A DNA stretch of 64,000 nt from a virus. Its lineage: Duplodnaviria > Caudoviricetes. Shown here piece after piece: positions 37,625 through 47,888 of the stretch; positions within the stretch are counted from its first letter, which is position 1; each line of letters opens with the position of its first letter. The DNA lies in IMG/VR virus record IMGVR_UViG_3300020049_002596, positions 1 through 64,000 of that record. One strand, written 5' to 3'. A program made the translations under genes and the position numbers. The notes below the pieces were generated by a model. The model saw nothing but the letters and a program-made list of their open reading frames with translations. It was not told where the DNA came from and ran no database searches.

Positions 37625-40039
37625 ATGAATCAACCAGTTACACAACCCAAGTCATATTCTACTGAAAGACTCAGTAGAAGAGAAAAGGAGTCTCAGAACT
37701 TCCTTTGGTACAGAGAAAAGATTGACATGTATGATACCAAAGCCAACTTCTTATCTATAGGATATGGAGGGGTGAATGAGTATAAAAGAATGAGAGTTAA
37801 CTATGACTTGTTTAATAACATCATAGACCTTTCAGACTTTGCTTATGTGGCTACACCTTATGGTGCTGACCAAGGAGAGATGCCAGCTCAAATGGCAAAT
37901 AGAGATATTTGTTCTTATAGAATAAAAGCTCTTATTGGGATGGAAATGAAAAGACCTTTTGGGTACAGGGTAATTGCAACTAACAAAGAAGCTTCAAATA
38001 GGAAAGTAGAAGAAGAGACCAAGAGAATTACAGACTTTGTAGTTAACTCTATTATGGCTCCTATACAACAACAAAAAGAAGCTGAGTATCAAGCTCAAAT
38101 AAAAGGGAGAGAATTAACTCCACAAGAAACTCAAGAACTTCAAGAAAAGATGGCTGCAGAAATTGAAGCAGCTACTCCAGACAAAGTCAGAGCTTATATG
38201 AGAAGAGATCATAGAGACCCTGCTGAAGTTCAAGGACAACAAATTCTTAACTACTTGATTAAGAAGTTAGATGCTAAAAAGAAATTCAATAATGGTTGGA
38301 AACATGGTTTGATTTCAGCTTATGAAGTTTATTGGCTAGGGATAATTAATGGAGAACCAGCTTTAAAAGTTGTGAACCCTGTTAGATTTTCTTGTGATAA
38401 AGCTTCAGATTTAGATTATATTGAACAAGGAGAATGGGCTGCAGCTGAATACAGAATGCATCCTTCTCAAATTGTACAGACTTTTGAACTTGATGACAAA
38501 GAGATAGATACTCTTTGGAGAAATTATAATCACCATGTTACTCAAAGGGTGCATGACAACTTATTTAACTTTGATGAATACCTTACTTATGAGGATAAGA
38601 ATGCTGTAAGAGTATTACACTGTGTATTCAAAGGGTTAAGAAAAATAGGTTGGTTAGATTATATTGACCAAGATGGTGTTCTTCAAACTAAGTTTATGGT
38701 AGATGAAACCTACAAATTAAACAAAGACAATGGAGATGTAAAAATCAAGTGGGAGTGGATTCCTGAAGTATATGAAGGATATAAAATTGGTTCTCATATC
38801 TATAAAGAAATGAGACCTATTCCAGGACAGTTTAAAGATATGGACAATATCTATAAATGTAACTTACCTTATTATGGAGCTATTTATGATAATGTAAACT
38901 CTCAACCTACTTCTGTAATGGACAGAATGAAAGTTTATCAGTACTACTATAACATAGTAATGTATAGATTAGAACTTCTTTTAGCTTCAGATAAAGGTAA
39001 AAAAATCTTAATGAATATTAATGCTATTCCAACTGACTCTGGAATTGACCTTAAGAAATGGCAGTACTTCTTTGAATCTACTCCATTTATGTGGTACAAC
39101 CCTGATGAAGAAGGAATGAATCAATCTGATGTAAACACTATTGCTAAAACTTTAGACCTTTCATTAGCTTCTGATATTCAAAAATATATTCAACTTGCTG
39201 ACTACTTAGAACAAAAATGTGGTAAGTCTGTAGGTATTACTGACCCTGTATTAGGGCAAACTTCTGTATCTGAAAGAGTTGGTAACAACCAACAAAATTT
39301 AGTTCAGACTTCTCACATGCTAGAACCTTACTTTGATTTACATAACTGTATTAAGAGAAATGTATTACAAGGTTTAATTGATTTAGCTAAGGTAGCTTAT
39401 GCTTCTTCTGATAAGAAGAATATTACTTACATCTTAGATGATATGTCTGTAGAAATGTTACAGATGGATATTAACTTACTTGATGAAAGTACTTTAGGTT
39501 TGTTTATGGAAGACTCTTCTATGTCAGAAGAAATTAAACAAACTATTCAACAATTGGCACATGCTGCTATGCAGAATCAAAAAATTGAATTGTCAGATGT
39601 TCTTAAAGTTATCAAACAAGATTCTATTCAAGAAGCTGAAGAGGCTTTACTTGTATCTGAAGAACTTAGAAGTAACAGAGAACAAGCTAATGCAAAAGCT
39701 CAAGAGAAAGCTAAAGCAGAATTGGAAGCTAAACAACAACAACATGAGAAAGAACAATGGTCTCATGAAGCTGATATGATTGTTCTAAAAGAAGAAGAAA
39801 GAAGAAAAACTGAAATACAAAAACAAGCTATGTTGTCTATGGGATTTGATACTAACAAAGATCAAGACAATGATGGTATTCCAGATGTTCTTGAAGTTGC
39901 TAAACATGGTGTTGATGCTGAAATAAAAAGAGCACAGATAGCCAATGAGGGCAGAATGATAAGTCATACTATAGAGAATGACAAAGAAAAGAATAGGCTT
40001 AAAGCCAAAGAAATTGCCCAAAAGGGGGCAGGAAAATAA
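37625..40039 (+). CDS. Portal protein
   Basis: 804 aa directly after TerL, crAss-like gene order. Confidence 0.88.
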   Translation: MNQPVTQPKSYSTERLSRREKESQNFLWYREKIDMYDTKANFLSIGYGGVNEYKRMRVNYDLFNNIIDLSDFAYVATPYGADQGEMPAQMANRDICSYRIKALIGMEMKRPFGYRVIATNKEASNRKVEEETKRITDFVVNSIMAPIQQQKEAEYQAQIKGRELTPQETQELQEKMAAEIEAATPDKVRAYMRRDHRDPAEVQGQQILNYLIKKLDAKKKFNNGWKHGLISAYEVYWLGIINGEPALKVVNPVRFSCDKASDLDYIEQGEWAAAEYRMHPSQIVQTFELDDKEIDTLWRNYNHHVTQRVHDNLFNFDEYLTYEDKNAVRVLHCVFKGLRKIGWLDYIDQDGVLQTKFMVDETYKLNKDNGDVKIKWEWIPEVYEGYKIGSHIYKEMRPIPGQFKDMDNIYKCNLPYYGAIYDNVNSQPTSVMDRMKVYQYYYNIVMYRLELLLASDKGKKILMNINAIPTDSGIDLKKWQYFFESTPFMWYNPDEEGMNQSDVNTIAKTLDLSLASDIQKYIQLADYLEQKCGKSVGITDPVLGQTSVSERVGNNQQNLVQTSHMLEPYFDLHNCIKRNVLQGLIDLAKVAYASSDKKNITYILDDMSVEMLQMDINLLDESTLGLFMEDSSMSEEIKQTIQQLAHAAMQNQKIELSDVLKVIKQDSIQEAEEALLVSEELRSNREQANAKAQEKAKAELEAKQQQHEKEQWSHEADMIVLKEEERRKTEIQKQAMLSMGFDTNKDQDNDGIPDVLEVAKHGVDAEIKRAQIANEGRMISHTIENDKEKNRLKAKEIAQKGAGK

Positions 40040-40123
40040 AATAAAGCTATTATAGTTTAAATATAATAACTTCATTTTGAATATGTAATTAATTAAATAA
40101 TTAAACTTAAATTTGTCACAATT

Positions 40124-41278
40124 ATGAGTGGAACAGAGAAAACCATTGAACAATTTGCAGGCTGGGAAGATACATCACAACAGCATGATTTTTTTGGAGA
40201 AACTAATCTAGAAGTAGATGTAGTAGAAGCAGCAATCAAAGATGATATCACATTAGAGCAAGAAGCTGCAAAAGAGAAGGAAGAGAAAGCAGAACAAGAA
40301 TTGATTGATGATCAATTTAGTTCTTTTGAAAAGACTCCTTCTAAAGAAGAAAAAGAAGAAGGTAAAGAGACTCCTTCAGATAAAAAAGAGCCTGCTACTA
40401 ATGTAAACAATAAACAGACCTTAGAATTCTTAAAAGAAAAAGGTTTAGTTGATTATGAATTAGAAGATGGTAAAGAACTTACTGAAGAAGAAGCTGAGCA
40501 TTTAATTGAAGACTCTTGGGAGAAAGCATTAGAAGCTGAAGTAGAATCTACAATAAAAGATTTACCTCAAGATATTAAAGACTTGATTAAGTTTGCTTCT
40601 AAAGGAGGAAATGTTGGAGAGCTTTTAGGTAAGATGGTTCAACATGCTACTTCAGGTATCAGTAAAAGTAGTGATATCACCAATGAAGATGTACAAGTTC
40701 TTGCAGTGACTTTGGATTTAAAAAACCAAGGATATGACCAAGAGTACATAAATGACCAGATTGAGTTTTTAAAAGAAAAGGATAAGCTAGAAGGCATAGC
40801 TAAAAAATCTTATGATAAGATTATAGCTGAGCAAGAAGCTGAAACTGCAGGACAAGTTGAAAGACAAAAAGAAACTGCTGAATTAAGAAAGAAACAAGCA
40901 AGAGAATATAAGAGTAATATTACTACTCATATTAATGCTTTATCTGAGACAAATGGGTTACCTTTATCTAAACAAGATAAATTGAGTCTCCCAACTTATA
41001 TTTCAGAACCTAATGTAGAATTACAGGATGGTAGATTTGTAAGTGAAATGCAAGCAGATTTATTCAAGGTTATGGCTGACAAAGACAAGATAGTTCTTTT
41101 AGCTAAACTATTAAAGACAGATTTTGATTTTAGTGCTATTGAGAGAAAGAAACAATCTCAAGCTGCAAGAGGAGTCAGAGAAGCTGTTGAAAGAGTAGAC
41201 AGAAAAGAATTATCAAATTCAGAAAGTGGAGGTCACAAATCCAATAAAAAAGCCCTCTGGGATATGCTAGAGGATTAA
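40124..41278 (+). CDS. Putative scaffolding protein
   Basis: Acidic coiled-coil protein between portal and MCP. Confidence 0.65.
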   Translation: MSGTEKTIEQFAGWEDTSQQHDFFGETNLEVDVVEAAIKDDITLEQEAAKEKEEKAEQELIDDQFSSFEKTPSKEEKEEGKETPSDKKEPATNVNNKQTLEFLKEKGLVDYELEDGKELTEEEAEHLIEDSWEKALEAEVESTIKDLPQDIKDLIKFASKGGNVGELLGKMVQHATSGISKSSDITNEDVQVLAVTLDLKNQGYDQEYINDQIEFLKEKDKLEGIAKKSYDKIIAEQEAETAGQVERQKETAELRKKQAREYKSNITTHINALSETNGLPLSKQDKLSLPTYISEPNVELQDGRFVSEMQADLFKVMADKDKIVLLAKLLKTDFDFSAIERKKQSQAARGVREAVERVDRKELSNSESGGHKSNKKALWDMLED

Positions 41279-41310
41279 TAATTAATTACTAACTTTAAAT
41301 TTAAAACAAA

Positions 41311-42768
41311 ATGGCTACATTAGGAAGCAAGCTTCTTGTTAAAGAGATGGAGTGGAATGCAAATATGACTGAGCAGTCTCACTTAGGGGCAGCTTTGATT
41401 GCAAAACCACACCGTATCTTAGGAGAAATGGACAAGCTGTTCTCAGCACAAAACTATTATTCTGATAACCCAATGTCATCTTTATTGATGGGTAACTCTA
41501 AAACAGAGGAAACTATTGGAAACACAGAATGGGAATGGGAATTAAAAGGTGCAAACACTAGACCTCTAGTTGTTGTAGAAAATGTTGAAGTTTCTTCAAA
41601 CTTGACACCTGGAAAATTCAAAAAGACTTTCAAGATTAAACTTGATGAAAACTGGTACTTACCAGGAGATGTTATTATGCCAGGTACTTCTAACAAGAAA
41701 TACCAAGTGCGTATTCAAAACCAAGGTGTTAAGCATGGTGATGGTACAGTTTATACTGTAAGAATGAACTCAGATGACCCACAAGCATTTATGCCTGTGA
41801 AATATTTGAAGCCAGGACAACAATGGGGTAAATTATTCTCTCAATATGAGGAAGCTGCTGAGCAATCAGGTTCAACTGTATTCAGTTTACCAATTGCATT
41901 CAGAAACAGAATGTCTAAATATAGAAAAGAATACAGAATTACTGACTATGCTTCAACTGAAGTTTTAGCTGTAGCTATCCCTGATTCAAAAGGTGCTTAC
42001 CATAATTCATGGATGCGTTATGCTGAAGTTGAATATTGGCAACAATGGTACAGAGAAGTAGAACGTGGATATTGGTATTCAAGATCTGCAGACACTGTAT
42101 TAGGAGCTAATGGTAGACCAGTAAGAATGGGTCCTGGAATTCAAGAGCAATTAGAAGATTCTCATCAACACAGATATTCTCACTTAACTGCTAAGTTAAT
42201 TGAAGAGTACTTACAAGATATCTTCTATTCAAGAGTTAAGCCAGGTCAAGGTCGTCAAATTAAAGGTTTCACTGGAGAGTATGGTATGTTACAATTCCAC
42301 AGAGCTATCCAAGATTGGCAAAACAAATCAGGTTTCATTAAGAACATTGAAGTATATACTAATAAAGTAGCTAGTTCAGTTCACACTAATGCACTTGAAG
42401 CAGGTTACCAATTTGTGAAATACAACATGGCAAATGGTGCATCTCTTGAGTTAATTCACAATCCTCTTTATGATGATAGAGAAATTAACTTTGAAATTGA
42501 TGAGGTTACAGGTTTCCCAATTGAGTCTCAAAGAATTACATTCTTAGATTTCTCAGGAGAATCTAAAAACTCTAACATCAAAATCATGAACAAGAAAGAT
42601 GGTTTTGCCTTTACTTATGTTGAAGGTATGTATGGTCCTTATGGTCCTAAAAATGGTGGTTCTTCTGCACACTCTGGTTCTTACTATGAAATGCACGTTG
42701 AAAAATCATGTGGTATCCATATCCATGACATCACTAAATGTGGTGAGTTGATCTTATCTCGTAACTAA
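41311..42768 (+). CDS. Major capsid protein
   Basis: 485 aa, crAss-like MCP character (WEWEL, GPGIQEQL, HNPLYDD); followed by a terminator. Confidence 0.88.
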   Translation: MATLGSKLLVKEMEWNANMTEQSHLGAALIAKPHRILGEMDKLFSAQNYYSDNPMSSLLMGNSKTEETIGNTEWEWELKGANTRPLVVVENVEVSSNLTPGKFKKTFKIKLDENWYLPGDVIMPGTSNKKYQVRIQNQGVKHGDGTVYTVRMNSDDPQAFMPVKYLKPGQQWGKLFSQYEEAAEQSGSTVFSLPIAFRNRMSKYRKEYRITDYASTEVLAVAIPDSKGAYHNSWMRYAEVEYWQQWYREVERGYWYSRSADTVLGANGRPVRMGPGIQEQLEDSHQHRYSHLTAKLIEEYLQDIFYSRVKPGQGRQIKGFTGEYGMLQFHRAIQDWQNKSGFIKNIEVYTNKVASSVHTNALEAGYQFVKYNMANGASLELIHNPLYDDREINFEIDEVTGFPIESQRITFLDFSGESKNSNIKIMNKKDGFAFTYVEGMYGPYGPKNGGSSAHSGSYYEMHVEKSCGIHIHDITKCGELILSRN

Positions 42769-42789
42769 GATCCTTTATATAACCCCAAT

Positions 42790-42814
42790 AAGCTCCTCTA
42801 ACACAGGAGCTTTT
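42790..42814 (+). terminator. Terminator after MCP
   Basis: AGCTCCT-N7-AGGAGCT-TTT. Confidence 0.7.
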
Positions 42815-42877
42815 GGTGGTATAAGGAGAAAGGTTTCCTTAAAAATAAGTTCATTAATTTAAAAAAGAAAATTAATT

Positions 42878-43678
42878 ATGTCAGTAAAAGTAGAAGTAAG
42901 ACCTATTGAGTCAAAAAGATGGCACAATAAAACAGGTCAAGAGTCTTTCACAAGACCAAAGAAAATCCAAGCTTTAGTAGATGGTAGCACAATGAAGTAT
43001 GCTACAGGCCTAACAGAAGAGGATATTAAGGTATTAGCCAAGAAAGGTGTTAACTATGATTTGTCAGCAAATTATAACTCTGAGGCACCACACCCATTTT
43101 GGGACTCAGGTATGGCAATTATTAAATTAGAGAACAATACAATGTTCTTTGATTCAGACAATGCTCTAGACTACATTAAAGTTAGAGTAATGAAAGCAAG
43201 TAAATATGTTGCTAATTCAATGGCAGAGTATGATTTAGGTATGTGGCCAGAAGCAACTCATGTTATCTTTGATGAAGCAGAACAAGCTCAAGTATTAGCT
43301 AGTAAAGTAGAAACTAAAAATACTGCTATTATTGAAGCTTCTAAATTATCACTAGATAGAAAAGTACAACTTATTCTTGTATTAGGTGGTAAGAATATGA
43401 AGAACCAATCTGCAGACTTTGTGGCTGTAGAGTTAGATAAGATCATCACTAAAGATGCAGGAGAATTCTTAAGATTCTTGAAGATGGATAAGAAACAAAC
43501 AGCAGCACATGCTCTTGTTTTAGAAGCTCTTCAAAAATCAGTATTAAGAAGAGAAGGTCAAAGAATCTTCCACATGGACTCTCCTTTAGGTATTGATGAA
43601 ATTGAAGTTGCTGAGTATCTTTCAAAAGAAGAAAATCAGGACATTAAAATGTTAATATTGTCTAAGATTAATAACTAG
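42878..43678 (+). CDS. Conserved crAss-like protein downstream of MCP
   Basis: Position and HPFW motif. Confidence 0.6.
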   Translation: MSVKVEVRPIESKRWHNKTGQESFTRPKKIQALVDGSTMKYATGLTEEDIKVLAKKGVNYDLSANYNSEAPHPFWDSGMAIIKLENNTMFFDSDNALDYIKVRVMKASKYVANSMAEYDLGMWPEATHVIFDEAEQAQVLASKVETKNTAIIEASKLSLDRKVQLILVLGGKNMKNQSADFVAVELDKIITKDAGEFLRFLKMDKKQTAAHALVLEALQKSVLRREGQRIFHMDSPLGIDEIEVAEYLSKEENQDIKMLILSKINN

Positions 43679-43683
43679 GAGTT

Positions 43684-44388
43684 ATGACAACCAGGGAAAT
43701 GCATTATGACTTCAAACAGAAGTTCAACAAAATAGATAGCCAAAAAAATAAAGGACTTTTAGTTCCTGAAATTGATTGGTTATTAAATGAAGCTGCAGAG
43801 TTATTTGTAAAAAGAGTAGCTCAGCCTAAAGCTGATAATGGCCTTGGTTTTGAAATGTCTCAAAGAATAATTGATGATATTAAATCTATTGTTGTTGGGG
43901 GTGTTTGGACTCCTGTAGGTGCAAATAACGTTATTGCTCTACCTGCTGACTACTTATATTTTGTAAGATGCAGAGTAAAATTATCAAAAAGAAATTGTAA
44001 AGGAAAAGAAGGAGTTCTTTACATTAGAGAGCACAATGATCTTTTTGAAGAGAGTGAATTCTATAGCAGCTCTTTTGAATGGAGAGAAGTAAATGGAGTT
44101 TATGAAACTCAAGGTATCCAAGCTTTTACAGATGGGACCTTTACAATTGATGAAGCAAAATTGTCTTATATACGCAAAATGGCTTATATGCACAATGCCC
44201 AAGATTTTGGTGCAGGGTCTTATAACCATCCTTCAGGTGTCACCTTAACAGGTACTGTGAATTGTGATCTCCCAGACCACACCCATAGGGAAGTTGTGGA
44301 TATAGCAGTTATGCTTGCTGCAAGTGAAGTGCAAACTTCAGACTTACAAAGTAAAATTGGTAAGTTAGGTTTTAATCAGATTGTTTAA
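43684..44388 (+). CDS. Tail ring/adaptor protein
   Basis: EIDWLLNEA, LPADYLY, CDLPDHTHREVVDIAV. Confidence 0.65.
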   Translation: MTTREMHYDFKQKFNKIDSQKNKGLLVPEIDWLLNEAAELFVKRVAQPKADNGLGFEMSQRIIDDIKSIVVGGVWTPVGANNVIALPADYLYFVRCRVKLSKRNCKGKEGVLYIREHNDLFEESEFYSSSFEWREVNGVYETQGIQAFTDGTFTIDEAKLSYIRKMAYMHNAQDFGAGSYNHPSGVTLTGTVNCDLPDHTHREVVDIAVMLAASEVQTSDLQSKIGKLGFNQIV

Positions 44389-44405
44389 TTAAAAAACTAG
44401 AAATT

Positions 44406-45626
44406 ATGAGTAATCGTAACAATGACGTTTTTCAAGTATTACCTACAAAAGGTAATCAAGCTTTGGCTGCAACAGGGTCTACTGTAGATTCTTTATTGCC
44501 AGGGCAATTAGGAGTTTTTGATGCTAGCACAGGTTTAGCTTATGCTACTGCAGTACCTGCAGGAACTAAAGCAATTACTTTAGCTGTTGGTGTTGGTAAT
44601 GGTTCTGTATTAACAGATATCAGAACTTCTGCTGGTCAATTCATCCAGACTAAAGGTATTACAGATTTAACTTTTAAACCTCATACTGCAGGTAGACCTA
44701 TGAAGGTTACTGTTGGAAGTTTTAAAGCTGAGTGTGATACTGAGTATGGAGTAAGAGTTGAATTCCGTAATGCAAAAATCAACAGAATCCAAGGATTTAA
44801 CCAATTCAGCAAAGCTTATATGGTTACAACTCCTTGTTGTGATGATTGTGCAGGAGGATGTGGTTCTTTAGATGCTAACGTATTAACTCAGTTATTCGTA
44901 GCTAATATCAATGCTGATGAGTCAGGTTTAGTTTTAGCTCAAGCTGTTGCAAGACAAGCTTTAGTTGCTGCTACTCATGGTACTGCTTCAGATTATGCTG
45001 CTGGAGATGTTCTTACTGATGCAGATGTTGCTGCTTTAGTAAACTTCAACTTGACTGCTGTAGATGCTGATAAAGTATTTGCTGACTTTCAATTAGTAAG
45101 TCAACCTTTAGCAATTGGAAACTACTGCTCTATCAACTTACATTACTACAAATTATTAGAAACAGTTTTAGTTGTTTCTTTAATTGAAGGTTTTGGATGT
45201 TCAGGAGCAACTACCATCAATCAATACCCAGTATTTGAAGAAGGTAGTGGAGTTAATATCCAACAAAAAGAGTACCATGCTTCAGGATGGGCAGGTTCAG
45301 GACCTTACAAATTGTCTCAAGTAACAGGTATGGGGTATGAAAATATCAACTATCTTTCTGTAAAAGGAACTACTTATGACCAATTTATTGTTCAGTATAA
45401 CCAAACTTCTGAATCAGGATGGCAAGAATACAGTAATGTACTAAGCACTGTAATTGCAATTCCAGAAGCTGACACAGTAACTAGACAAGCTGTTGCAACT
45501 ATCTTTAATTCTTTCTTATCTTCTTTAGGATTTGAAAGCTTAATTGATGATGCTGCTGCTGCTAGTACTAATGCTGCAGTTGTAGAGCCAGAAGTTACTT
45601 CTGCTGCTACTGATGGTATAGCATAA
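44406..45626 (+). CDS. Structural protein (auxiliary capsid-like)
   Basis: Ala/Thr-rich 406 aa; position; followed by a terminator. Confidence 0.55.
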   Translation: MSNRNNDVFQVLPTKGNQALAATGSTVDSLLPGQLGVFDASTGLAYATAVPAGTKAITLAVGVGNGSVLTDIRTSAGQFIQTKGITDLTFKPHTAGRPMKVTVGSFKAECDTEYGVRVEFRNAKINRIQGFNQFSKAYMVTTPCCDDCAGGCGSLDANVLTQLFVANINADESGLVLAQAVARQALVAATHGTASDYAAGDVLTDADVAALVNFNLTAVDADKVFADFQLVSQPLAIGNYCSINLHYYKLLETVLVVSLIEGFGCSGATTINQYPVFEEGSGVNIQQKEYHASGWAGSGPYKLSQVTGMGYENINYLSVKGTTYDQFIVQYNQTSESGWQEYSNVLSTVIAIPEADTVTRQAVATIFNSFLSSLGFESLIDDAAAASTNAAVVEPEVTSAATDGIA

Positions 45627-45652
45627 GGAAACTTAAAATAAAGCTATTAGAT

Positions 45653-45690
45653 AAAACATCTCTATTTTTATAGAGATGTTTTTTTTATTT
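45653..45690 (+). terminator. Intrinsic terminator
   Basis: AAAACATCTCTA / TAGAGATGTTTT plus T-run. Confidence 0.75.
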
Positions 45691-45719
45691 TGTATATTTG
45701 ACACTTAAAACACTTTCCC

Positions 45720-46943
45720 ATGGCCTTGAATTACACATACTTAAAATACAAAGATACATACACACTTGAAAATACAGGTACTGTGAATCTTACTTACCAC
45801 ATAAGTAAAGTAACTTGTGAAGCAACTACAGAGATAAAAACAGCTGTAATGGTGCCTGGACAGATATCTACTTTAAGTTTTCCTGTGGATGGAAACTACT
45901 CTGTGTATTTAGAATCTAGTACTCAAGTAGGTATGCCTTTTGTCATTAAACATTATAATCATTTACTTACTTCTTTTATCAGCATGGTAGAAGGAATTGT
46001 ATGTGGATGTAGTAAATGTGATGAATGTGAAGAGTGTAATAAATGTGAAGATTATCTTGGAACACTTTTAAAAGCTCAAGCTTTTAATACTTTAAACTAT
46101 CCTGTATACCAAAACTATGTGAATCAGATTACTCAAGATTCTCTTTGTGTGTTCAGTGAGACTGTATTATGTAATTTATTACATGAAAAAGTGTATGGAA
46201 ATGCAGAAGTAAAAGATGCTATGTTGAGACTAATTAGTTTCTACTATTTAGCTTTTTATTATCAAGACAAATTCTTAGCTGTAGATGCTGAAGAAAAAGC
46301 TTATGTTACAGAGAAGTACAAGTTTGATAAGATAGCAGCATGTATGAGAAAGTTAGGTATTATACCTACTGACCCTTTATTCATGACTACTACAACTACT
46401 ACTCTTCCTATTACAACAAGTACTACCACAGTTGCCCCTAGTAGCACAACAACTACTACAGTGCCACCAAGCAGTACTACAACAACTAGTAGTAGCACAA
46501 CCACTACCACTACTGCACCTACAAGTAGTACAAGTACAACAACTACTACAACACCTCCATGTGCTTTAGCAGGATATGCAGTAGAGACTACAGGTAGTAC
46601 AACTACCTCAACTAGTAGCACAACCACTGTACCAACAACAAGTACAACTAGCACTTCTACTACAAGTACAAGTACTAGCACAACTACAACCACTGCTCCT
46701 ACTACTTCTACTAGTACAACAACAAGTACTACTAGTACTACTACAGAGCCTCCATTACCATGTCTTTCTTATACTCTAAGTGCACCTGGTGTTTCAGGTG
46801 AGTACAATGTAGCAGAATATATAGATTGTGGTGGATTACCCCAAGTTATAGAAGCTCATGGGTATGTTAATGCATCTTTTTGTGCAAGTAGCATAGTCTT
46901 TGGAGAAGGTATGGTTATTAGTACAGGAGAGTGCAACGAATAG
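45720..46943 (+). CDS. Putative virion protein with mucin-like Thr/Ser/Pro region
   Basis: ~120-aa T/S/P tract (46385-46745) between Cys-rich domains. Confidence 0.75.
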   Translation: MALNYTYLKYKDTYTLENTGTVNLTYHISKVTCEATTEIKTAVMVPGQISTLSFPVDGNYSVYLESSTQVGMPFVIKHYNHLLTSFISMVEGIVCGCSKCDECEECNKCEDYLGTLLKAQAFNTLNYPVYQNYVNQITQDSLCVFSETVLCNLLHEKVYGNAEVKDAMLRLISFYYLAFYYQDKFLAVDAEEKAYVTEKYKFDKIAACMRKLGIIPTDPLFMTTTTTTLPITTSTTTVAPSSTTTTTVPPSSTTTTSSSTTTTTTAPTSSTSTTTTTTPPCALAGYAVETTGSTTTSTSSTTTVPTTSTTSTSTTSTSTSTTTTTAPTTSTSTTTSTTSTTTEPPLPCLSYTLSAPGVSGEYNVAEYIDCGGLPQVIEAHGYVNASFCASSIVFGEGMVISTGECNE

Positions 46944-47329
46944 AAAAACTAGTAAAAGAGATTACTAGTTCTAAAAAAGATGTAGTATTTATAGGAAGTG
47001 TTTCTTTGTGGCATTTAAACTTAGTGACTAATCCTCATGATATAGATATAGTTGTCAATAATTTAGATGGCTTAGAAGTTTTTGGAAATATAGAATCTTG
47101 GGAATCAAATTCTCCTATGAGTATAAGTAAAAAAAGAGCTTGTATTAAAAGAGAAGATTACACTATAGATATTTTTATTGAAGAAACTTTACCTGAACAC
47201 AATATTGAAAACAATATTAAGTTTCAAACTCTAGATAATTTAAAAGCTCATATTGAGTTAGTAATTGAATCTTCAGAAGGAAAACTTAAAGAAATAATGA
47301 TTGAAAAAAAGAAACAGTATAAATTCTAA
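46931..47329 (+). CDS. Nucleotidyltransferase-fold protein
   Basis: IGSVSL...HDIDIVV...IDIF. Confidence 0.65.
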   Translation: MQRIEKLVKEITSSKKDVVFIGSVSLWHLNLVTNPHDIDIVVNNLDGLEVFGNIESWESNSPMSISKKRACIKREDYTIDIFIEETLPEHNIENNIKFQTLDNLKAHIELVIESSEGKLKEIMIEKKKQYKF

Positions 47330-47341
47330 AATCTACAAGAT

Positions 47342-47887
47342 ATGACAGTCTTAATAGCACTAACAACAGCAGGAACTTCAACAGGACCTTTTAATCTGTA
47401 TTCTAATACAGACAACTATGCAACTCCTTTTGAAACTAATGTACCTAAAGCAAGTTTAGTGGCAGGATATCTTAGTGTAGTGGTTCCAGCAGGAACTACC
47501 ACAGTACAAGTAAGATCTTTAGGAACTTGTACCAATAGTATTAATATTCCTATTGATTTGTTAACTACAAGCACTAGCAGTACTAGTACAACAAGTACCA
47601 CTACTACTACAGTGCCTACAACTACAACCACTACTGTAGCTCCTGCTACAAACTACAGATTTTACCGTTGTGGAGGAGATGGCATAGCTAGTGTAGTTGT
47701 AAGTGAAGCAGCTTTAATTAATGCAGGTATGGCACCAGGTGCTACTCTTACAGTTGCTAACACTATAGAAGTATCAGGTTCAGGTAATTTGACAAGCTGT
47801 TATGCTTTTGATGATATGGTATCTCTTCCTGTGACAGGGCAAGCTGTAATAAGCTTTGACCAATGTGATTGTTTAATGCCAGCATAA
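47342..47887 (+). CDS. Small protein with mucin-like Thr tract
   Basis: TTSTSSTSTTSTTTTTVPTTTTTTVAP between two small Cys-containing domains. Confidence 0.75.
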   Translation: MTVLIALTTAGTSTGPFNLYSNTDNYATPFETNVPKASLVAGYLSVVVPAGTTTVQVRSLGTCTNSINIPIDLLTTSTSSTSTTSTTTTTVPTTTTTTVAPATNYRFYRCGGDGIASVVVSEAALINAGMAPGATLTVANTIEVSGSGNLTSCYAFDDMVSLPVTGQAVISFDQCDCLMPA

Positions 47888-47888
47888 T

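Noticed and set aside
46301-47631. Val-rich minus-strand ORFs
   Set aside because: Antisense shadows of the Thr (ACN) tracts
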